From assembly GCF_001194135.2 (NCBI RefSeq), contig NC_068986.1, positions 38,291,612 through 38,355,611 on the forward strand: a stretch of DNA of 64,000 bases, given 5' to 3'. A program made the translations under genes and the position numbers. Positions within the stretch are counted from its first letter, which is position 1, and every line of letters starts with the position of its first letter. The notes under the pieces are model-generated. The model worked only from the letters and a program-made list of their open reading frames with translations. It ran no database searches and was not told the DNA's origin. Positions 49,727 through 63,352 of the stretch are shown in pieces. The DNA is from Octopus bimaculoides (Eukaryota).

Positions 49727-50074
49727 CGTGATGGCACCTGTGCCCTGGCACTTGTGCTGGTGGCACGTGTAAGGACATTCGAGCGAGATCGTTGCCAGTG
49801 TCGCTGGACTGGCTCCTGTGCAGGTGGCACGTAAAAGACACCATTTTGAGTGCGGCCGTTGCCAGTACCGCCTGACTGGCCTTCGTGCCGGTGGTAGGTA
49901 AAAGCACCCACTACACTCTCGGAGTGGTTGGCATTAGGAATGGCATCCAGCTGTAGAAACTCTGCCAAATCAGATTGGAGCCTGGTGTAACCACCTAGTT
50001 CACCAGTCCTCAGTCAAATCGTCCAACCCATGCTAGCATGGAAAGCGGATGTTAAACAATGATGATGATGATGA
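49727..50074 (+). mobile_element. Young RTE 3'UTR insertion
   Basis: Highly similar to 6973 and 10839 copies; (GAT)n tail. Confidence 0.85.
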
Positions 50075-50476
50075 CAGGGTATTTCTCTCAGAAAATCTTA
50101 TCTATTCCTGTTCAGTATCTGTTGACTTGTGTGGAATATCCATGTTTTATTGTAGGATACTCATTTTTAATTAGATAAAAAGAAAAGACTTTGGGACATC
50201 CCCATCAACACTAAGCAACTAAGCTAAATTATTCACTTAGTAGATTATTTAAGAATTCATAGATATTTTACTCTATCTGTGAAAGCTATCTGTTATATTG
50301 GGATATTTAATGTAGGACTTTCTCAAACAAAATAAGTTCCAGGGTTCTGTAAGTTGAGGGGTTTTTTTTTTTGATAAAATTAAAACAAAAATGGTCTTCA
50401 CAATTTTCACAATAATAAATTTAATATGATTTTTTATATGAATAAATTATTTCCCTAAAATAATTTGTTCTTTCAT

Positions 50477-50687
50477 TTAACCCTTTGGCATTCACATTAT
50501 TTTGTCAAACATAATATTTATTCATTCACATTGTTTTGAATTAATCATGTATTATTTTGTAGCTTTGAGATTTTGATGATGTGGTAGTTTATTTTTAGAC
50601 TGACTTTGTAAGGTAGATTTGAGGGGTCAGATTTAGCCAGTAGGATATTTGGGCTGGGTATGGCTGGTTTAAATGCTAAAGGGTTAA
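50477..50687. mobile_element. piggyBac-type MITE family 1 (opposite orientation)
   Basis: TTAA CCCTTTGGCATT...AATGCTAAAGGG TTAA. Confidence 0.85.
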
Positions 50688-52065
50688 TGTCATTAAAATC
50701 AGGGTGATGGGATTTGTCTGTAAAATCAAGGAAGATACAGATTCTACAATTGTTTTGAAAATCATATGAGGACTCCAGAACAAACAAGGTTTAGAAACCA
50801 CTGATTTAATGCACTGGTAATAGTAATTCCTTAAATTTATGAAAGTATATTTAGTTTTATATGAAAATATACTGGAATTGTTAGTTCTGTAACTTCATAC
50901 ATTTGCAATCCAGTGTTATTAATTACAATCTGATTTCAACTTATTAGGCCTTGAATGTTTCACATGTAATTAATATTATGTATGTAACATAGTTTTTTTT
51001 TTTTTTTTTTTACAGTATGTACTTAGTTTTTAGAATGTTTTGTTACTGCAATGAGTTAGCTCATGTCCTTGCATCTGAAATGCATTTTTCTTCCTTTACC
51101 AGGAATACGAACAAATGAAGAAGTCACTTTTGGACTCTTAACTAGGTAGATGGTTATATACTTGGTTGGCTTTTTCTTGAGCCATCACAAGTCAATGTGA
51201 GTGACTGTAACCCAAATGACCACAAATATTCAGCCTAAATATGAAGTATTTTCTCCTTAACCTATCCCCACCACCAATTTCCCAGGCTTTTAGTTCAAAT
51301 TTGAAATTATGTCTCTCGATATTTATGTATTTTTCTTATAATTAATATCACCCACCTGAAAAATATATAATAGACTTTACTTGAATATTAAATTTTGCTA
51401 GTCACACTCTCTAGTTCTGCACGTATTCATCATGGAAGATAAGTATGTGCATCCATGTCTTTGTTATTGCATTTTTCATATTGATTTACATTAGATTTAA
51501 CATTGTTAGAGAAATCTTGTTCTTTAGCTTTCCACTTTGAGATTTTATTCCATCTTTTTTTTTTTTTACTGATATCTGTATCCACTGTAACTTTCAAAAT
51601 CATTTTGTAAGTTTGTTGACAATCACATATAAAGTTGCCATTTTTGTAAAAACCTTATACTGTAAACGAATCCTTTATGGAGCTGATGTAATTATTTCTA
51701 GAAATAATAATTCATCAGTATGGTGAAAACCCATATTATTCTAATTTAAGTGAAACTATTTTAGTACTTTTTAAAACATCTTAATTACAGAAATAACTAT
51801 TTTGAATGTTGCTGCACTAGATATCTTGACTGGCTTCTAAATGTTTTTTTCACTCAGTCATATTAACTGATGTTTTGGTGAAGAGACTGTTTCATGTTGT
51901 TTGAAATTTTAGAGTGACTTGCTTTGCTTCATTTTTGAACCCAATGTTTTGAAAAATTTTTGTTGGTGCATTTCTTCTATCTTTTCCTATTCCTGAAAAG
52001 TTGTTTAGCTTATACAATGTTTATTATTGCTATTTCTGTAAAAATTGTATACCTTTATTGCACAG

Positions 52066-52164
52066 GGGCTCAAGAAACCATACAACCCTATAATTGGTGA
52101 AACATTTAGATGCTATTGGCGTCATCCCCAAACTAATACTAGAACATTTTATATTGCAGAGCAG
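52066..52164 (+). CDS. OSBPL8: ORD exon (GLKKPYNPIIGETFRCYWRHPQTNTRTFYIAEQ)
   Basis: KKPYNP.GETF OSBP motif; cacAG acceptor, CAG|GTAAAT donor. Confidence 0.98.
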
Positions 52165-53329
52165 GTAAATGTCATTTTCATTGTATCTATTTACATGATT
52201 TATTTCATTTTTCTGAGATACACAGCCTTTTAAATGATCCTCTATTTTAACAAGATTTTTGACTACTTGTACATTAGATAATTTATGTCAAAGAATATTT
52301 TGTCTGTGTCTCCATTGCATACACTTATTTCATTGTTAATGTCCTCTGTATGATATCTTTATTGCAATCAGTGGAAGGAGTTAATAGGCTAGTGAAACAT
52401 TTAAAAAAAATAAAATAACCATACTTAAGACTCTCAACACCTGGCATAAAGCCACCCCTCCCTTCTCATACCCCCACACTCCAGTTAAAAGGGATTTTCC
52501 CAGTTCTTTTTTGTCTTGCAAGTTAATTGGTGACCTCACTAGTACTGGTGACATGAAAAAAAGCAACCAGTATATACTGTAAAGTGGTTGACATTAGGAA
52601 GGGCATCAAGCCATAGATAAAAATATGTCAAAGCTGACGTTGACATTGGAGCTCAACACAGCTCTGCAGCTTACCAGATCCTAGTGATGATGATGTAATA
52701 CAAACATAATCTCTTGTTGCAACTTTAGATTCATAATCTTTCCAGTAAATTAACTTTTTGCAACTCATTGGTTCTAAAGCTGAACAATATCAAAACTGGG
52801 AAAAAGTTAATTCAAATCAATACTTCCTCTTGTTCACATTGAACTTAGTTGCTGTTCAACGTGGTAAGGCAGTTGTTTATTTGTGCAAATGCTAAAAGAG
52901 AAACTGATTGTTCCTGCACATTGTATGTAATGTATTCAAATATCCTTCTAGATATTCCACACGGAACAAAATGAATCTATAATAGAACTTCTCCAAGGAT
53001 ACTCAATATGTAGAAAGAGCAATCAGATCTCCCTCAAATTGCACCCTAACCTATTTTTAAAAAATGGATATATTCAGTAATGTTGTTCTTGTTATATAAC
53101 TGATGGAAATATGGATGGTCAAAGCATGAATGCTTCTAGTCATAGGTCTCTTGGATCGAGGTTACCCTGGGACTAAACTATAGTTACTTCGAACTGAAGG
53201 GATTAGATGATTGAATTCTCATAAAGATATTCCTATTTCTTCTGGAGATTTTTTTTTAATGTATGTATCCATTTATTTATCTATATTTAAAAAATTGTTT
53301 TAATCTTATTCTTCAATTCCTATTTACAG

Positions 53330-53426
53330 ATATCACATCATCCTCCTATCTCAGCGTTCTATGTGACAAATCGTCAAGACGGATTTAGCTTAAGTGGTAG
53401 TATATTAGCAAGATCGAAATTCTATG
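53330..53426 (+). CDS. OSBPL8: ORD exon (ISHHPPISAFYVTNRQDGFSLSGSILARSKFY)
   Basis: Completes the OSBP signature EQ|ISHHPP (canonical EQVSHHPP); tacAG acceptor, G|GTAAGC donor. Confidence 0.98.
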
Positions 53427-53504
53427 GTAAGCTACTAGGTTTAACTTATAATATTCTCTTCTTAGATTTATTTTTGAAATGTTTCTCTGGGATATGATTT
53501 AAAT

Positions 53505-54503
53505 CAGCAGTTCTCAACCATTTCCTTTACCAATGACCCCTTTGATTCCTGTTTTCTTGGATGGACCCTCCTAACCATTTGATGTTTAAAAAATCCTAGG
53601 CAGAATTTTGGTTTAAGCACTCCATATAGTCCCTCATAACTTTTTTTATTTTTTGGAATTATCAGAAAATATTTGCAAATTTGTGTTCTACACTCTTGGA
53701 GTGGTTGACATTAGGAAGGGCATCCAGCTGTAGAAAATCATGTCAAATCAGATTGGAGTCTGGTGCAGCCTTCCAGCTTACCAGCCCTGGTCAAACCGTC
53801 CAACCCATGCTAGCATGGACAATGGACGTTAAATCATGATGATGATGACATGGAAATTGATACAATTATACAATTTTTTTTTTTTTGTGGGATTTAGATT
53901 TGGTTTTTAGCACATCTCACAACCATTTGATACTTTCCTCATTTCTTTGTCACTCTGACATGTATTGATATTTTTCAATATTTTTTTTTCACCCATAAAC
54001 ACATTTAATGGAATGATGATGCACCCAAAAGACTGTCTGTATTTTAAACTCTGATTTTTTTTTTTTNNNNNNNNNNNNNNNNNNNNNNNNNNNNNNNNNN
54101 NNNNNNNNNNNNNNNNNNNNNNNNNNNNNNNNNNNNNNNNNNNNNNNNNNNNNNNNNNNNNNNNNNNNNNATGAATTCCCATGTGTAGAACACAAACTCA
54201 CAAAAATTTTCTGCCCAAAATATTTTAAAAAGTTATGAGGGGTGCTTAAACCAGAATGCTGTCAAATCCTGTTATATTTTTATAATTTGATATTATTGGG
54301 AATTGAATAACCAAAGTGAATAGAATGGTGTGCGTCTTGTGGTTACCCACTCCTAAAAAAATGGGGAATAGGCTTGAGTATGTAAAAAAAAAAAAATAAA
54401 GTTGTTAAAATATTTTGTGTATTGTAGAAGTATAACCAGTTTTAGCGACAAAATTTTATGTAGCCCTTCCAAGGGTCATATGGACCCTGGTTGAGACCTA
54501 CTG
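53505..54503. mobile_element. hAT-type MITE with 8-bp TSD, containing an RTE 3' end (53690-53848) and a gap
   Basis: TIRs CAGCAGTTCTCAACC / GGTTGAGACCTACTG (13/15); identical ATTTAAAT at 53497-504 and 54504-511. Confidence 0.85.
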
Positions 54504-54823
54504 ATTTAAATGATTAATAAAAATAGACAATTTCAAGCATGAACTATATAGAGTTGAGTATAAGGCATCAAATTGAGTCATTCATTTGTTTTGATTTGTA
54601 GTTATTTTACATCATTTACATCTTAAGAAATTAAACAACTAAAACAGCATAGCTCTCATCTCACAATCTCTTGCTAAAAGTCTTACTGACATGCCTGCCT
54701 AGGGAAAGTATCAGGATACTGACCAAGAAATTACAAGGTGAGAGTCAGGACTTGCCAGAACCAGAATCAACAAAACTTTATTAATCTCTCACAGAGCCTG
54801 TTTCTTAGTTCAGTTTATTTCAA

Positions 54824-55034
54824 TTAATCTTTTAGCTCTTAAGCAGGCCATATTCGACTCAAATGGTCTGTTTTATGTTCAAACAAGCCAGATCTGGCCT
54901 CTCACATCTACCCTACAGTGTTATTCTAAAATTTAAAAAAAATTATTAAAATTTCGAAGCTATAACATAATACATGATTAATTCAAAACGATGTGAATAC
55001 ATAAGCATTACATTTGACAGTAAATGACGGTTAA
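54824..55034. mobile_element. piggyBac-type MITE family 1, degenerate
   Basis: TTAA-bounded; body matches 20301 and 32843. Confidence 0.7.
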
Positions 55035-56038
55035 TCCATTAGTTATTGTTGTACATCAAACCGTCATGATATTTCAAGGAACATACTGGTTTGAATGTTT
55101 GCAGGAGTAATAAACTCAAGTCCAATAACTCTTCCGTAGTTTGTCTTGGTTACCTCCCTTAGATTCGGTAACTACATTTGTCTGTATTGCTATTTACTTT
55201 TGATGAGGTACAATGCCTTCAATTTATAAGTGAGAAGAAATGGGAGTGTTTTTGACATGTTTGCTTTTTTCAAAGGAATTAAAGGGGTAGGTGAACTGAA
55301 AATCAAAGTTCGGCTGCAATCTGCTTGCCTGAAGATTAATCTCTTAGTATTTAGTGAGGTGTTATTCTTGATGTAATGATTTTTTTCTTTGTATATAGAC
55401 ACAAGGCCAAATTGTGTCCTTAAACTGTATCAGCTCTTCAGGTTCCCTTCGATGAATATATCTGGTATTTATTATATGGATTTAAATAAGATAAAGAGTA
55501 GAAGTTAACTTTTAAAAGAAATAAAGCAGCAAATCAATACATTTAATCCAATGCTTTAAATTTTGTGTCAACATCATTAATGATTTTTTTACAGAGACAC
55601 AAGGCTAAATGTTGTAGGGAAAAGGTTAAAGCCATATAATCAACTTACAGATACTGGCTTTATTGATTCAGAAGAATGAGATAAATTAAGCTGTTACCAA
55701 CTGGGAAAGCTTCCAGTTGTTTTAAGATGCAAATTTTCAATAATGTATTCTGCTTAGGTTAGTGTGGGAGAAAGAGTATGTTTAAAACAAAGTCAAAAAC
55801 AACTTGCTAAATTGTTGTGGTACTATCTGATATTAATAATTTACTATTGAAAGTAAACATTTGTATGTCATTAGATTTAACTTATATTTGGATGGATTGA
55901 ATGAGAGGTAGCATTTTCAAAATTTTAAAAAATCTAATCAATGGAAAAGATTAATTGAAATTATTATTTTTTTTTTTTAAGAACATTTTATAACATAAAA
56001 AATTGATAGCATCTTTGTTGTGTATTTTCTTTTATTAG

Positions 56039-56137
56039 GCAATACTTTATCTGCTCTACTTGATGGAACTGCTAAGCTGACATTCCTTAGTCGAGGCGAA
56101 GACTATTTCATCACCATGCCCTATGCTCATTGCAAAG
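56039..56137 (+). CDS. OSBPL8: ORD exon (GNTLSALLDGTAKLTFLSRGEDYFITMPYAHCK); last exon found
   Basis: GN.LSA.L.G.A.LTFL.RGEDY..TMPYAHCKG motif; ttAG acceptor, G|GTACGC donor. Expected next exon (GILYG...) not found in the readable sequence. Confidence 0.98.
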
Positions 56138-56213
56138 GTACGCTGTTTTAAACAATTTCTTGTTTAACTGCTGTTATGTATCATGAATAAGTAAAAAAAA
56201 ATAACACTATATT

Positions 56214-56379
56214 TCTCTGAGTGGTTGGCGTTAGGAAGGGCATCCAGCTGTAGAAACTCTGCCAAATTAGATTGGAGCCTGGTGTTGCCATCCGGTTTCA
56301 CCAGTCCTCAGTCAAATCGTCCAACCCATGCTAGCATGGAAAGCGGACGTTAAACGATGATGATGATGATGATGATGAT
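56214..56379 (+). mobile_element. Very young, short RTE 3' end
   Basis: CpG-rich copy with long (GAT)n tail, about 80 bp after the 56137 donor. Confidence 0.85.
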
Positions 56380-57478
56380 ATTGGGTCGCTTTGCAATAAA
56401 ATTGTTACATTATATTGAATGTTATATAAGATCATAGGCTGCAACATATTTTTCAGAAATCTTGTATACTTGTTGATAACTGCTAATTAATTAGTAGCAT
56501 TTGTCTGCTGTTTACAAAGAGTAATCAATGTGTTGTGTTGAAAAAAAAGTGGGTGACTATAATAATAACACCACTTTACTTTATCCTTGCTGATTTACTA
56601 CTTGCACAGTTTTGTAATCCTAAACCATTTTCATTGATATAATAAAGTACATAAGTATTTAAGTTAGGTCATGGAATTGATTTTAAAGTTTGTGTAGTAA
56701 ACATGACATTTCTTTACTCGACTGATATGAAAATTTGATTTTGCCAAATTTTCTTTTGAATTCTTAAATTTTGAGTTAATTTTCTGTTCTTATTGTAAAG
56801 TGTGTGTGTTACAGTAAATACAAAACCAGTAAATAAATGTGTCTAACAAGTCGATTTATTTAATCGATGTAAATATTTAAATTCATTCAAGTTATTATTG
56901 CTACAACTAATGTTTTCTCACAAGAAGAAATGTATTATTTGAGAAGGGAGACAATTGCTGTAATGTATCAATATTGTAAATATAAGTTCACGCAGAAACA
57001 CTGTTAAATATGTGTGATGAGACTAATTCAGATACAAAGGAATTTGCTGAGCAATGTGAATTGAAGACAATTCTTCTCACATTGCAAACATTGCAATTTG
57101 TTTAACTTTGGCTCGAACTTTCTTTCCTACTTAGTTGTTTAACATAATTTCACTGTAACACATTCTGTTATTTCTTTCTTTATAATTCATGTACCGTTAC
57201 AATTAGAACCTTAAGCACTTCAGCAGCAAGTTTCAGAACTGTACTTCTCTGGCAAATGACTTCATCTGAGATTGTTTGTTGAAAGTGAAACAACCACAAC
57301 ATGAAAGTGTTATTTAGTAATAGTCCCAGCTGTTACAGTCACTTTAAATTTAAATTTATTTCATGAGGTGTCAAAATTTTTGTCAGAACTATAACCTGGT
57401 CATTGACATAGTCCCAGTTAGTTGCTATGGTACTCTGTCAGTGACAATGACAGAAATATGCACTGAAAATTTTGACAA

Positions 57479-57700
57479 ATCATCATCATGAATTATCATA
57501 ATTTAATGTCCATGTTCTATGCCAACATAGGTTGGACAGTTTGACAGGATCTGGTGAGCCACAGGACTGCATCATGTTCCAATGCTTGTATGGTGTGGTT
57601 TCTAAAGCTGGGTGCCCCTCCTAGCACCGACCACTTTACAGTGTGCAAAGGGTGCTTTTTTTTTTCAAGCCATCAGCGGTATGAGGTTGGTATGTAGCTT
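57479..57700 (-). mobile_element. RTE 3'UTR copy, degenerate
   Basis: (ATC)n left end, reverse complement of common tail. Confidence 0.7.
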
Positions 57701-59091
57701 GCAAGACTATGAACCCAAGTAGTGAGGGGAAACTTTATACTAGCAGGATAAGGTGTAGTAAAATATGAGAGAAAAGGGCTAGAGCAGAACAGGTGTGTTA
57801 TTAAATGGCTCTTTCACAATGTAGTTTATAAAGTAACAAGCTTCTCCACTTACATATTTGAATGCTCAAGATAAGCTGTTGTTTATGAAGTGTTAATTTT
57901 CTGGGTTATTAGCTCTCGTCTTTAGAATGTATATTTACCTAGACATGGCTGTATGGTTCAGAAGTTTTCTTTTTAAACATATGGTTTTGGGTTCAGCTTT
58001 ACTGGGTGGCACTTTGGGCAACTTATGAATGAAATATAAAAAATGTACAGAAGCCTTTCATGCTTGTGTGTATGATTATTTTGACCTTTTTCAGGATCAT
58101 TGTTTTGGATTATTTAAAATTAATAAATACTGAGCTCATTCCAACGCTTTTGTCTGTAGAAACAGTAGGCTTCAAAGTGGCTGGCATGTTTTTTTTCTTT
58201 CACCTGGATGCTTTAAAGAAGCTACTTTGATTGAAGTATAAATCTTTGAAAAATGGTTTTGTTTTAATTTTGATTTTTTTTTTCTTTGTAAGAAGTCCCA
58301 ATTAGATGGCTTCTGGGTCATTCCCATTGTGGCACTCTGGACAGGTGTTTGACTATTCTTTTATCATCACCCTGGGCCACCCAAATCCTTGTGCATGAAT
58401 TTGGTTTACAGAAATCAAAAGAATCTGAAGGTGTACATGTTTGTGCCTCCTCATGCCATTGCATGATATGAGCTTCAGTATAATTCAAGTTGTCATTCAG
58501 TATAATTCAAGTTGCCAATCTTCTGTAAAAACATGTCCGGCCTTTAGGAAATATGACCTTGCTTGAAGTCTTGATATATGCAAATATCTAAAATGAAATA
58601 GCCTTTCCATTCTGCTACAAATGGTAGCCAAATCTCACTTGACTTGTACTGGCAGGATTCATATTACTAAATATATTGTTAAAATGGATCAGATAGCCAC
58701 AACTAATTTCAGTTGCACTTCATGATTGCTAGATTTGTCTTTCTTGCAAATCTTTTGTTGGTTGTGCAATAAGTCACCGGCATTGTATTCTATTCTGTGC
58801 AGTTCATTCAATGTGAGTCACCTAGTTTGGTTAAAATAGGCTTGGGTCAGTGGTTCTTATTTAATCTAGCCTTATCCAAGCTGTTTCATTCATTAGAGTG
58901 TGTCCATGGGGCACTGCCTTGAATAATTTTTTGGTTGGAAGAATTGACTCCTATACTTGGTTTTCTTTTTTAAATGCCAAGTACTTATCCTATTGGTCTC
59001 CTCTGTTGAACTGCTAAGTTATAGACATAAACACACCAATACCAAGCTGTGGTGGTGGGTGGGAGGCAAACAGAAATGTGTATGTATGTAT

Positions 59092-59287
59092 GTGGCACGT
59101 AATTGTGCTGGTGGCATGTAAAATGCACCCACTACACTCTCAGGGTGGTTGGCGTTAGGAAGGGCATCCAGCTGTAGAAACTCTGCCAGATCAGATTGGA
59201 GCCTGGTGCACCCTTTTGGCTTGCCAGTCTTCAATCAAACCGTCCAACCCATGCAAGCATGGAAAGTGGATGTTAAATGACGATGAT
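59092..59287 (+). mobile_element. RTE 3'UTR copy
   Basis: Common tail block; abuts a minus SINE type A fragment (58900-59065). Confidence 0.8.
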
Positions 59288-59964
59288 ATATGTGTGTGTA
59301 GTGAATGGGCAAACAAAAGAAGTGGCACTCAATATATTGATAGGAGTTACATAAATTTTTAATAACAGTTTGATTCAGTTAAGTCAAACTGTTATTAAAA
59401 ATAAATATAAGACAGTGGTAGCGTCATATTTGAGTGGAAATATCTTGCAGTTATTTATGTTCAGCCATTCAACTGAGTTCTCTCTTTATGCTGTCAATAT
59501 CCATTTTGCATGTCATATCCTACTCGAAATAAATACCAAAATACACTGAGGTATTCTACATCATCAACTAAAACCCTTGGTGGTAGGGACCCAGTTTGGT
59601 TGTTGTCCAGTGACTGGAACCAGTGAAAGGATGCTCTCCCCTCTTGGCAGAACTTTGAATCCAGTTTCTCTCTATCAGTTTTGTCTATTAGTTACATAAT
59701 GGTGGTTGGCAAAAATCATCAGTGGAAAAAATTGAAGTTGTTTGAGTTGTCTTTGCTTTCATTTTGCCAAGGTTTTGTTACTGTGATTAATATAACGAAT
59801 CAGCTATACTCTTGAAGATGGTGCCCAAACATAACTACAGTCTGTTGACTGAAATCAATGAGAGTATATTGTTCTCTGGTCTTCAGAATTTTTCATCTGT
59901 ATCATAACACTAGTTAAATATTTCATTCCCATTTGTCTAATGAAATATATTCCTTTCTGCTATA

Positions 59965-60128
59965 GGCACAAGGCCTGCTATTTTAGGGGATGGGCTAGTC
60001 AATTATATCAGCCCCGGTGCTTGGCTGGTACTTTATCGACCTCAGTGGAATTTGAACTCAGAATGTAAAGTTGGATAAACTGTTGCTGAGCATTTTGTGT
60101 GACATGCTAACAATTCTGCCATCTCACC
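59965..60128 (-). mobile_element. SINE type C
   Basis: Reverse complement of 47333 copy. Confidence 0.75.
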
Positions 60129-60463
60129 ACTGCCTTATGTCTAATGAAATATATTGCCTATGTCTTTCAGTTATTTTTGAAAATAAGCAAGAGTTTAGAA
60201 GGGTTCATTAAAACAACTGAATTTGTTGATTTATTACTGTGATGTTTGGAACATAAAAATGTCTTTAAATAAAATTGTGATAGGTCTTAATTTCAGTATA
60301 AACATTTTAAAACAGGCTATTTTTATATAATGAAACTACAGATAAACTCAGGCAGATTGGCAACAAAACATTTAAGCTATCTGTTATATACATACATGTC
60401 CCTTTCTTGTCACATTTATTATATCTCTTTATATGTCTCACCTTTTTTTCTTGTCTTGTGAGT

Positions 60464-60748
60464 TACCCTGCCAGTGTTGGTGCCATCTAAAAAGCATCCA
60501 GTCCACATTGTAAAGTGGAAGGGATCCAGCAGTAAAAATCATGCCAAAACTAGCCTCACATATACTAGTGCCACGTAAAAAGTACTGAGTCCACTTTGCA
60601 TAGTGGTTGGTGTTTGGAAGGGTATCCAGCCGCAAAAACACTGCCAAAACAGTTGGTAGCTTAGGGTAGTTTTTCTACCTGGCCAGCTCCTGCGAACCAT
60701 CCTACCCATGCATGCATGGAAGATGGACGTTAAACGATGATGATGATA
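60464..60748 (+). mobile_element. RTE 3'UTR copy with duplicated internal block
   Basis: Two gtggaag/ttggaagggatcc/gtatcc blocks, then (GAT)n. Confidence 0.75.
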
Positions 60749-61032
60749 ATTAACTTCTAGAACTCTCTACTTGCCAGCCTTCAAATTGTAATTAGTATCT
60801 CAACTCATTAGCTATTAGAGTCTCTCGCTTGATTAAAAAAAAAACAGTAGCAAAATATTTAAATGATTTACCTAGATTAGAGGATAAAAAAAATATATAT
60901 TAGGCCAAAGAGTTTCATTGGGAGTAGAGCATTATAAGTTTCTGTTTATAATAACCAGATAAATATTAAATCTTTGTTTACAGTATTGTATTATGAACAC
61001 AAATTACAAGTCTTTTCATGGCTGACTGTAAG

Positions 61033-61067
<35 letters not shown>

Positions 61068-61743
61068 GCATTATTTTAGATTAGTACAATGAACTTATAA
61101 CCTAATTATCATTAAGAACTAACTATAATCACACACTTAGCTTCCTATCCCAACTTTACAAACAAAATAACAATAAAAATGATAGAAAAGAAAATGTCCT
61201 CTAAGAAATATGTTCTACTGGCCTCTGGGTTAAGCTATTTATCTGGTTTGCTACATTTCTGTGAGAAACCAAGATTAATTATGGCACTTTAATGCCAAAA
61301 CCATCACAAAATCTGCTACTTAGTTTAAATATTTCCACAGACTTATTTTGTTGCTAAGATTAGCAGGAAACCTACATACCATTGCCATCAAAATTACTAG
61401 AGCATTTAAATAAATGAATAAAACAAAATGAATCAAGTTTTTGAGAGTAAATTTTTTAGTCATACATCATGGATAAAGTCCAAAATTTATTGAGAATCAT
61501 CTGGAAAAAAAAATCCTGTTTATTAAAATTGATTGGTTTTTGTAGTTGAATTATTTATTTCTAAAGAGAAAAGAAAATTCTTTTCTTCCTATCTGTAGGC
61601 ACAGGCGTGGATGTGTGGTTGGATTCAGTCCCACTGTGTGGCACCTTGGGCAGGCGTCTACTACTATAGCTCCAGGCTATCCAATGCCTTGTAAGTGATA
61701 TGATAGACAAAAACTGCGTGAAAGCATGTTGTAAATATATATG

Positions 61744-61798
<55 letters not shown>

Positions 61799-61863
61799 GT
61801 ATTTATGTATGTATATAGGTGTATGTGTGTGTGTGTGTGTGTATATGTATATATATATGTATG

Positions 61864-62595
61864 NNNNNNNNNNNNNNNNNNNNNNNNNNNNNNNNNNNNN
61901 NNNNNNNNNNNNNNNNNNNNNNNNNNNNNNNNNNNNNNNNNNNNNNNNNNNNNNNNNNNNNNNNNNNNNNNNNNNNNNNNNNNNNNNNNNNNNNNNNNNN
62001 NNNNNNNNNNNNNNNNNNNNNNNNNNNNNNNNNNNNNNNNNNNNNNNNNNNNNNNNNNNNNNNNNNNNNNNNNNNNNNNNNNNNNNNNNNNNNNNNNNNN
62101 NNNNNNNNNNNNNNNNNNNNNNNNNNNNNNNNNNNNNNNNNNNNNNNNNNNNNNNNNNNNNNNNNNNNNNNNNNNNNNNNNNNNNNNNNNNNNNNNNNNN
62201 NNNNNNNNNNNNNNNNNNNNNNNNNNNNNNNNNNNNNNNNNNNNNNNNNNNNNNNNNNNNNNNNNNNNNNNNNNNNNNNNNNNNNNNNNNNNNNNNNNNN
62301 NNNNNNNNNNNNNNNNNNNNNNNNNNNNNNNNNNNNNNNNNNNNNNNNNNNNNNNNNNNNNNNNNNNNNNNNNNNNNNNNNNNNNNNNNNNNNNNNNNNN
62401 NNNNNNNNNNNNNNNNNNNNNNNNNNNNNNNNNNNNNNNNNNNNNNNNNNNNNNNNNNNNNNNNNNNNNNNNNNNNNNNNNNNNNNNNNNNNNNNNNNNN
62501 NNNNNNNNNNNNNNNNNNNNNNNNNNNNNNNNNNNNNNNNNNNNNNNNNNNNNNNNNNNNNNNNNNNNNNNNNNNNNNNNNNNNNNNNNNNNNNN
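61864..62595. other. Largest assembly gap (others: 11425-11458, 13912-14024, 26957-27386, 34284-34310, 35648-35657, 37049-37350, 54067-54170)
   Basis: Runs of N, mostly flanked by (TA)n/(CA)n. Confidence 1.
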
Positions 62596-62651
<56 letters not shown>

Positions 62652-62669
62652 CATACATATATATATATA

Positions 62670-63321
62670 AAGGTACAGGACGTCCCCAACTGTGTAAACA
62701 ACATGAAGTACAAAAACTAATGAGTTAAATATGCAAACAATGAGAGAAAGAAATGGAAAATAGGATAAGAAACACGGAGAATGACCCTTCATCAATTGTC
62801 AGCTTTCTATCTACTCCTCATTTCGAGTCTTTAAAGACAGTTGCTCCCATAAATTCCAAAATAAAATTTGGGATTTATGGAGGGTCAAAGTTGAGAACAA
62901 AAATATGACAGTGGAGACATACAAGGAAACCGAACTGAAACAAGCATGGAGAATCGTTAGACCAGAATGACAGGAAAATAGTAAACACTGGGAGAAATAT
63001 TTTCTTTGAAAAGAGAAAAGATAGAAGAGAGAGATAGATAGAAATAGAAGACAGAGATAGATAGATGACATCCAGTCCTTAGAATGTTGTTCAGGGAAAG
63101 AAAGATGGTCACATGAGGAAAAGAGAGATGGACGATGGTCCCGTGAGCAATGAGAAAGAAAAGAGAAAGACTGGGAGAGAGATACAGATAGAAAATGGTG
63201 AAAGGGAGAAAAAGGGAATTAGAGAAGGATGGGGGAGAAAACAATATAAAGTAGAGCTGCATCAAAAAGGTTGAGATAAACTTAACTTGGAAATGGATAC
63301 ATTGTGTTCAATTAAATAATA

Positions 63322-63352
<31 letters not shown>

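Noticed and set aside
58082-58125. Possible next ORD exon after tttttcAG at 58094
   Set aside because: Frame hits a stop within 7 codons and lacks the expected GILYG similarity.
58478-58520. 21-bp tandem duplication (also degenerate short repeats at 46730-46820)
   Set aside because: Ordinary slippage duplications with no further structure.
26775-62795. Long ORFs (160-365 aa) at 26.8-27.5 kb, 36.7-37.5 kb, 53.9-54.2 kb and 61.6-62.8 kb
   Set aside because: They run through N-gaps and (TA)/(CA)/(TG) tracts; not real coding sequence.
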